DNA of 64,000 nucleotides, taken from NCBI RefSeq assembly GCF_009914755.1, contig NC_060926.1, one strand, 5' to 3'. The translations under genes were made by a program, and so were the position numbers. This document shows positions 55,500 through 64,000 of this stretch, in pieces. Origin of the DNA: the human T2T-CHM13v2.0 reference genome, Homo sapiens. Positions within the stretch are counted from its first letter, which is position 1, and the number at the start of each line of letters is the position of its first letter. The notes under the pieces are model-generated. The model had not been told where the DNA came from and searched no databases. It saw only the letters and a list, made by a program, of their open reading frames with translations.

Positions 55500-57210
55500 A
55501 CTATATGTATTTTTTACAACTTTTGCTTTTTCCTCACAATATTTGTAGATACATCCATCTTCATTATAGTATATCCTTTATGATTATGTCATAGTGTTCT
55601 ACAATATGAATTTAACAATCTAACTTAGATTTTCCATTGTGTCTGTTCAATTCTGCATTGAATATCCTTATAAATACGCCTTATTTTTGCATATGTGTGA
55701 TTGAACCTCTAGGGTATATATCCAGAAGTCAAATTGCTGGATTATCAAGAATGTACACTTTACATGAAATCCATACAGCCAAATTGCCTTCCAAAGTAGC
55801 TGTGTCTCTTTAAAAATTACTTCAGCACTGTATGAGAAAATACTTTTCCCACAACGTTGACAACATTTGATATGATCAGAATTTTTATTTTTTTATTTCA
55901 GATATGATTGAAATCTGCTAGGAAGCTATATCTCATTTTTAAAGGAAAAACAATCTTTAATATATTTATTCAGAATTTTTATGCCTCTTCTATAAATAGC
56001 CTGCTTATAGGTCTTGACCGTTTTTATAGGCTTCATTTTAACTTTTTTTTTGTATATTATGACTATTACCTATTTTGAAATATTTTCTTCTAGAATGTTA
56101 CTTGATTTTATTTTTTGTCCTTTAAAAATCATTATGTAACCAAAAATCTTAATTATCATATGTCTTTCGCTTTTGGTGTCTACTTTTAAAAGGCTTTCAT
56201 GGCTTCACTGCGATAACCAATTTTTTCCTAAATTTTCTTCTTAACTCTCAAGGTTATGTATGCGTGTACATGTCTGTATCTACACATGCATCTATACACG
56301 TATTTTATATTTAGGTCTGTAATCCAGCTGAAATGTATTTTATCAAAACATTATAGCTATTTTCAAGTACTCGATAAACTCATCAAAAAATAACATTTTC
56401 AGTTGATTTATTAAAAAGAAACTAGAAATAATTGATGAAAATCGTAAGAAATCACAATTAATCTGAATTTAATGATTCATGGGTGCTGTTCAATGATAAG
56501 AAGTGCTACCATCACTGCATATGCTTAAGAAAATACCAAACAACCTGTCTGAAGAATCAGGAAATTGATGACAAGGAATTCTTCATTAGATATGAAGTTT
56601 GATTTCCAATTCTGAGAATCTCTGGTACAAGCCAATATTCACAATATTTGGCTTATTCGGTTTTGAAAAATATATTTTGATAATTATTTTTTTAACTTAA
56701 AATCATTATACATGCAACATGATCTATATATGTATAAAAACTATATGATGCAGAGAAGCAAGCAGAAAAAATGTACATCCAGGAGCTTAACCCCTGTATT
56801 TATTTTGAGCTGTATATAGGTACATATATTTACATATAGATATATTAAGATATACACACAAGTATTTTTATGAATTGGGATTCATACTATAAATACTTTC
56901 ATAACTTGCTGTAACATGAAATGTAAATTACAAACACTTTTTCATGCCATTCAGTATATAGCTATATCACTTTTAAGGAGGACATAATCCTAAATAATTC
57001 TATTATAATTGTTGGATATTTAAGTTGTGTGTAGTTTTTTTTTTATAATCAATGTTATAATTAACACATACATACTTTTATATTTGGGAAATCATCCATG
57101 TTTTGTTCTTACAGAAATATCCTAGATATGGTAAAAATCTAAAAATGAGTGTAGCAAAAATGACTAAAAATATATGCATATTTTAAAAGCTTTTAATACA
57201 TTTGGCCAAA
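55500..57210 (-). mobile_element. Degraded L1ME-like fragments
   Basis: Antisense L1 motifs 'ctagggtatatatccagaagtcaaattgctggatta', 'gccaaattgccttccaaa' and 'tttaggtctgtaatccagctgaaat'. Confidence 0.6.
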
Positions 57211-58692
57211 TTCATTATTGATGCATTCAAAAAGTATTGATTGAGCACTTGTTTCAGGAACTATTTTATTGAAGATACAAGAACAAACAACATAAACATA
57301 GTTCTAATCCTCATAGAGCTTAAAATCCAGTTAGGGAAACAGATATTAAGCAAATAATAACACTGATAAATAAAAATAATGGTATCAGTTATGTATACAC
57401 CATGTATATGATGTATACATAACATATGTATACATCAGTATATACCATGTACCAAGCCCTATTATAAGTACTTTATATAAATAAACTTTTAAAAACTTTC
57501 ACAGCGATACCATGATATAGAGTACAATTATCATTTCCATTTTTTTCAGATGGGATAATCAAGAAGCCATATGATAAAAAAAAAACTTGCTTAAGTTTAC
57601 AGAGTCAGTAAGTTGTGAAACCAAAATTCCAAATTTGATTCCAGTGTTTGTATTGTAACCAGTAAATATGCAGAAAATTATAAACTCTTTAAGGGAAAAT
57701 GCAGAGAGTTAAAGAAGCAGAAACAAACAAACAAAAAAACCATTTATTTAGCAATTGCGAATCATTTGGTTAATTATTCTAAAGAGATTAAATGTCCTTC
57801 TTGCATCAGGAATCCTGTAAAGAAAGTCAGGAAAAATGCCTTTAAAGAAGCATAATTCAACTATTTATAATAGGGTAGCTCTACTTGAATAATATAGTCC
57901 CAGTAGCTAAAAATTATTACCTATCTATAACCCCAAGCTGGCCAAATCGTTAATGGTGCTTTATTGGCATTGATCGACTGCCTCATTGCTTCATCAGATA
58001 GTTTTGCATGAGTAATTGTAGGTCACTACTTGTAAAGTGGTTGAATTTGCATAGTGCACATTAATCAACAATCATTCTTGCTTTGAGAAATAGTGAAACA
58101 GATGGCAACAGCAATAGTACAAGTGACTGACTTGCCTCAGCAGTCTGGGTGGATATTCAATCAAGAAAATTAGTTTATTGTGGTGATGATTTATTTTAGC
58201 TTCCAATTGCTGTCTCCAAGTAGCAACTCAATAAATAAGACTTTCTGAAATGTCTCCAGGTTTGTTCCCTACAATTTCAACAACAAAATGATGTCTTTAG
58301 TATTACATGTTAAAAGCCAAATACCTTCATAAGCTGTTTCCTATTGGCACTAATTTTTCAACTGCTTTCATGATACCTGTTGCAATTTCTGCCTAATGCC
58401 ACTTGTTTATGAGCTGACTATGGTAAGCATCACTGCTGTATCTCCAGTATACTCTTTATTGTTACTTTATTGTGGATTCAACCCCTAAACAATTTTTTTA
58501 TTGATTCAAGTTTAAAAATTATAGTATCAGCTCTATAAAAAGCATATATTTACTGTTACTTTCCTACTGCCTTATTTTTCTTGGAGATTAATTGGAGCAA
58601 ACAAAACCTGTTCTAGTTTGACATGATCCGTGCTATTGGGCAGAGTGGGATGAGTAAGCAGAGTTCCCGATTCCCTCAGGTGTATTTACTCT

Positions 58693-60339
58693 TGTGTCCG
58701 GAATTGGTGGGATCTTGGTCTCACTGACTTCAAGAATGAAGCCGCAGACACTCGCGGTGAGTGTTACAGTTCTTAAAGGCAGCGTGTCGGGAGTTTGTTC
58801 CTTCTGATGTTCAGAAGTGTTTGGTATTTCTTCCTTCTGGTGGGTTCGTGGTCTCGCTGGCTTCAGGAATGAAGCTGCAGACCTTTGCAGTGAGTGTTAG
58901 AGCTCTTAAGGCGGTGCGTTTGGAGTTGTTTGTTCCTCCCGTCCGGAGTTGTTCATTCCTCCCAGTGGGTTCGTGGTCTCGCTGGCCTCAGGAGAGAAGC
59001 TGCAGACCTTCGCGGTGAGTGTTACAGCTCATAAAGGCAGTGTGGACCCAAAGAGTGAGCAGCAGCAAGATTTATTGCAAAGAGCAAAAGAACAAAACTT
59101 CCACACTGTGGAAGAAGATCCAAGGGGATTACCCACTGCTGACTCGGGCAGCCTGTTTTTATTCCCTTATCTGGCCCCACCTCCATCCTGCTAATTGGTC
59201 CATTTTACAGCGAGCTGATTGGTCTGTTTTACAGAGAGCTGATTGGTCTGTTTTGACAGGGTGCTGATTGGTGCGTTTACAATCCCTGAGCTAGACACAA
59301 AAGTTCTCCAAGTCCCCACTAGATTAGCTAGACACAGAGCACTGATTGGTGCATTTGCAAACCTTGAGCTAGACACAGGGTGCTGATTGGTGTGTTTACA
59401 AACCTTGAGCTAGACACAGAGTGGTGATTGGTGTATTTACAAACCTTGAGCTAGACACAGAGTGGTGATTGGTGTATTTACAATCCCTTAGCTAGACATA
59501 AAGGTTCTCCAAGTCCCCAGTAGATTAGCTAGACACAGAGCACTGATTGGTGCATTTACAAACCGTGAGCTAGACACAGGGTGCTGATTGGTGTGTTTAC
59601 AAACCTTGAGCTAGACACGGACTGCTGATTGGTGTATCTGCAATCCCTTAGCTAGACATAAAGGTTCTCCAGGTCCCCACTAGATTCAGAAGCCCAGCTG
59701 GCTTTACCTAGTGGACCCCACACTGGGGCTGCAGGTGGAGCTGCCTGCCAGTCCTGTGCCATGTGCCCGCAGTCCTCAGCCCTTGGGTGGTCGATGGGAC
59801 TGGGCACCGTGGAGCAGGGGGCAGCGCTCCTCGAGGAGGCACGGGCCACGCGGGAGCCCACAGTGGGGGGAGGAGGGAGGCTCAGGCATGGCGGGTTGCG
59901 GGTCCCGAGCCCCACCCCGCGGGGAGGCAGCTGAGGCCTGGCGAGAATTCAAACACAGTGCTGGCGGGCTGGCACTGCTGGGGGACCCGGCGCACCCTCT
60001 GCAGCTGCTGGCCCGGGTTCTAAGCCCCTCACTGCCCAGAGCTGGCAGAGCTGGCTGGCCACTCCAAGTGTGGGACCTGCCAAGCCCACGCCCACTCGGA
60101 ACGCCCGCTGGTCCACATACGCCAGCATGCAGCCCCAGTTCCCGCCCACACATCTCCCTCCACACCTCCCCACAAGCAGAGGGAGCAGGCTCCGGCCTCG
60201 GCCAGCCCAGAGAGGGGCTCCCATGGTGCAGCGGCAGGCTGAAAGGCCCCTCAAGCGTGGCCAGAGTGGGCGCCAAGGCCAAGGAGGTGCCGAGAGCGAG
60301 CAAGGACTGCGAGGACTGCCAGCACGCTGTCACTTCTTA
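58693..60339 (-). mobile_element. Solo LTR12 (ERV9 LTR; LTR12C/D/E-like)
   Basis: On the minus strand it starts t(a)agaagtgacagcgtgctggcagtcctc and ends gagaccaagatcccaccaattccggacaca. GC-rich U3, tandem ~41-bp enhancer units, 4-bp flanks ctct/cttt. Confidence 0.95.
59130..59640 (-). promoter_or_regulatory. LTR12 U3 promoter/enhancer: CCAAT (NF-Y) array plus AATAAA TATA-like box
   Basis: 11 ATTGG motifs on + (CCAAT on -) between 59194 and 59632. Minus-strand GGGAATAAAAACAGGC at ~59150-59166, placing the expected TSS near 59130. Confidence 0.75.
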
Positions 60340-61173
60340 CTTTTTCACATCAATGTTAGCTTCCAGAGGAAAAAAAAAGATACTTATATTTTAAAAAATC
60401 AGGGGAAAAGATCAAAGAAGAGGCAAAAGTTGTAACCTCTACACGAGAAGAAATCAGAGTAATGACACTGTGTCTTCAAGACTGATAATGCTTACCACAG
60501 ATAAACAAACATTAAGTCAGCAAACATTACAAATGATGACTCCATTTCTTATATGAGGCTGCATTATTAACCTTAAGAGTAATTACTGTCTCTCTCAGAT
60601 ATGTTGTAAACTTCTCAGAATCTCTGTCCTTGGAAACTTTAAAAACAGATGGGATGTAGGGATTTCAGAATTGATATCCAAGCATGCAGTTGAATACACC
60701 AAATGAACCTTAGTCCTTTCCAATTACATAATTCTATGGTCATGGGAAAGCTCAAATTCCAATCTTGTCTTGGTATATTTGGTCGGTTTTTGACAGGAAA
60801 GCAGCTGGTGTTAGGGGTTGTATAATGAAACTTCAACCACCAATTGTGCTAATTGTAGTGAAATGTGAAGGAACGCATTCTGGTCTGGTTATTCTCATTG
60901 AACCAGTTTTCCTAAATCTTACACACTTCACTTTGAGTTGGGTTATAGAGCTCTTCTAACCCCAGTCAGTCAACACAACATCAACAAAATCTGGAATTCT
61001 CTGAACAGATGGGGTAGCAAAGGACCTGAGTACATGGATACAGATTAATGTTATGGCAGAAGTGAAATCTAGTAGGTAATAGATGGCATCTAGCAGATAT
61101 AGTCTTTAATACATCTTGGAGGAGGTCTGCAAGATGAAGGGAGAGAGTCTATTCCAACACAGAGGTAAAACAT

Positions 61174-61879
61174 TGTAACAGGAACAACGCAGTAAAGGTT
61201 GCTGCTTGGGCATTAGCAGCAGAGCATGACACCCAAATGGCTCCAGCCAGTAGCCTGAGATAAGAATTTAGAAGCATCTCTCCCTCTGAGTGGACTGCGC
61301 TCCCCACTTTCCTGCTGTGCCCTTTAAATGTAGCCTTTTGGCATTTGCCAATGAACTTAAAGTGACCTACGCCCTATTTCACTATATATGCTGCTAGTGC
61401 CACTCTCTTTTGCTTTCTCAGTCCTGCCTTCTGTGACCTGGGGGCAAAGGACTGCCTTTCCAACTCACAGTACCCTCCCTGCCCAGGATCTGTAAGTAAA
61501 ATCTTTCTGCTTGGTTCCTGCTGTGGTGGTGTATTGGATTTGTGCCTTCCATCTGAAGAAGCAGATGCTTCCCAGGCCTGGTTTTTCCCTTGGATGCTGA
61601 GGAGAGCACAGGCTGGGCTCCTCACACCATAGTGATGATCAGGCAGGCATAACTGAACACAAGTCAGACAAGAACCACAAGAGTGTCTGCCAACATAAAC
61701 AAGTTTCCCATGTGAAGGATGCCCCTGTTAGGCATTAGACTGTCTTCCAGGTAAATTAAGCATCCCATGAAAATCACACTGTAAACAACCACGTCCATCT
61801 CCCCTTCGGTTCCCATTAGAGCAGGATTGCTAGATGCTCTGGTACTGGAATGCCAATTTATGTGGGGGCACTCTAAACA
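61174..61879 (+). mobile_element. Solo ERVL-class LTR (MER54/MER70-like, tentative)
   Basis: TG...CA termini (tgtaacagg...ctctaaaca); near-identical 5-bp flanks aacat/aacac; TATA-like ctatatat (~61382); 'ccaggatctgtaagtaaaatcttt'. Confidence 0.7.
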
Positions 61880-63028
61880 AACACAAGAACAAAGACTATC
61901 TGAGAAGCTAACAACATGAAATCCAGACAGGCAACTCAGCATTAGGTTAGTCTGTTGGAAAATAGTAGAGGCTTAACTATGAAAACGAACCTTCAGCACC
62001 TGGGCTAGGAGGAATTAAAATAGCAAGACAGGGATTTAGATTTAGGGTTAAAGTAATAGATGAGGCACCGTGAATGAGAATGACACAGGCAACAGGTTTG
62101 AAATTCACCTTCCAAAAGGAGGCTCTAGTTTGTTTAATGACACAGATCTAAATAAAAGTCAGTTTTCCAGTGGGGGACTGTGAGGGCAAGAAAAAGATGT
62201 TTATGCAGAGTTCCTCAATTTTTTATATTCTTTTAGCTTGAATTTATTATTGGTTCTTGGAATTGGAACTGGCTTAAACCACAGGTGAAATATCAAGAAA
62301 GCCCAGCTGAGAGGAAGCTTTGGAACTTTGCAGGGTCTAATAAAAACCACCTAGAGAAATGAGGTTACCTCAGGTGCCCTCACTTGCAGAGTGACAATGC
62401 TACCAGATAAGGTGCAGATGAGAAACTTTGAGCCCTAGTAACAACTAAGATTATGATTCCAGACTCAGCTGGGGCTACCAGACACAAGAAACGTGTAGTC
62501 GTTTGAGTGCAGCGGGATAAGCATAGTACAGGACTAATTTGTTCAGCTACTGTTGTAGCTTATTGCTAGTCTTTGGCAGATAGTAGTGCTCAATTGCTAT
62601 AGATGTGGCCACTGATGCTACTACAGGGCTCTGTCTGACCTGTTTTTCTCTGAAATATTTCAGAAAGGTGAACATGAGCTCTAAGGCCAGAAATTAGTTC
62701 TCTTTAAAGCTATATTCTTCCTCCTCAACCTATGTGTTTAATGATTATTTTTGAATCATTAAATTTCACAGGTGAAAATTCAGGAAACTCACTCAAAAGA
62801 CCATGACAATGATGTGCCCTAGGAAAGAAAAAGAAATATTCCCATTAAAACTGGTCATTATGGTGATCTGCTGGAACCATAGAACCAAGATTCACATCCC
62901 GTTTTACAGGGAATACCTAATAAAATCAAATGAATATGAATTCATATAACAAATATTTGACATCTGTGTTTTTCTCAACGATAGCAGGAAAAAAATTACA
63001 AATTATTCTCCGACTCCAAGATTTTATT

Positions 63029-63135
63029 TCCAATTTAGTTTACTTTTATAATAAAGTGTCGTGCAGTGAGGAAACATGGAAATATAGTGGAAATCTATAT
63101 GATATTCAGAAAAGTTTTTCTATTGGTCATGCATA
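63029..63135 (+). mobile_element. L3/CR1 LINE RT remnant
   Basis: SNLVYFYNKVS, then after a frameshift GNIVEIYMIFRKVFLLVMH, versus CR1 TNLISFYDKVT...GNAVDIVYLDFSKAFDKVSH. Confidence 0.6.
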
Positions 63136-64000
63136 TTATACAAATCAATAAATATACAAAAAGAATCACATTGATATTGTTTGTGGTTATAGTTGTGATA
63201 TTTACTTGCAATGAGATAGGGTAGAATTGCCAAGACATCTAATCCAAACAATTATCAATGATATCTTACTTTCGAATCTATGAGATTCTATTCATTTGAT
63301 GCTATTTAAATTACTATAACCTTAAGATATTTTAACTATTCAGTACTGTTGAGAAGAGGGTTATGAAGGATGTAGTGAATATTTCTAAACCAAAGTATTT
63401 CTTCTTTCTTTAGAATTGATTATAAATTGTTGTTTCATAAAGGTTAATATAATGTAAGGATAACTGTTCCCCTGACTAATAAATTAATCAGATCATTTTG
63501 ATAAGTCAGAATATTTTAAAGAAGTATTTGCATATATGTGCAGAAATATATTTCTACATGTTTTAACTGTCTCAATATTGCAACTCTGTAAATTTCAGTG
63601 AATATTTTAAAAAGATGGCTGGAATGATTTCAAAAGAAAAGACACATGGATATTATGTGGCCTAGGACAAAATAATTATGCTGCAGTGTTTAATCATGTC
63701 TAATATTCATGCTAATGACCTATTTTTAGATTAGTGAACAATTGAGAGTACATTGCCATTGTTTTATCAGCGTCTTGTTATAAAGAGGCAAAAGTTTTTT
63801 TGTTTTTTGTTTTTTTCAAGACAGACTGAAGTGACAGAATTTGGCATAACATACAAACTTCGACACTCTACTTGTTAGTAAGACTTCCTTTCATAACCCT
63901 ACTCCCACACATTTAAAATGTATTTTCTGATGCCCTTGACAATACGAAACAGCTTAAATATTCTGAAATCTGAAGGTGCAGTGTTAAGGCACATGCATTT

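Noticed and set aside
56403-56443. Splice-site-flanked 41-nt segment (ttttcag|...|gtaaga)
   Set aside because: It has stop codons in all three frames and sits among L1 remnants.
59190-59690. Regularly spaced direct repeats that superficially resemble a CRISPR array
   Set aside because: The units are contiguous with no unique spacers and are the known LTR12 U3 enhancer repeats. The DNA is eukaryotic and has no cas genes.
59652-60435. Long overlapping ORFs (227, 185 and 121 aa) on both strands
   Set aside because: They are a by-product of the GC-rich LTR12 U3, with low-complexity P/G/A/R composition and no domain motifs.
62772-62932. Pseudo-exon-like frame VKIQETHSKDHDNDVP*ERKRNIP...
   Set aside because: Two in-frame stops, no donor site, no recognised homology, and adjacent to CR1-like remnants.

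Overview
AT-rich primate (human-like) genomic DNA, gene-poor and dominated by interspersed repeats. I found no intact protein-coding gene, RNA gene or CRISPR array. The long ORFs in the track come from LTR, Alu or ERV sequence. Main contents: (1) a decayed two-LTR class III (ERVL/HERV-S-like) provirus at 582-7447 with gag, pol and a gamma-type env, inserted in an old L1 and itself interrupted by a Tigger2 element; (2) a degenerate 18-bp repeat at ~11358-11974 whose variation pattern suggests a decayed hexapeptide-repeat coding sequence, the most unusual feature here; (3) an MST LTR fused directly to ERVL pol at 28.5-30.7 kb; (4) a full-length THE1 element with a perfect TSD; (5) a solo LTR12 with 11 CCAAT boxes facing the minus strand; (6) many Alu, L1, L2, MIR, L3/CR1 and DNA-transposon remnants, plus several repeat-free stretches that look like enhancers. 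Repeat subfamily names come from recalled consensus sequences, and old-repeat boundaries are approximate; both need RepeatMasker/Dfam confirmation.
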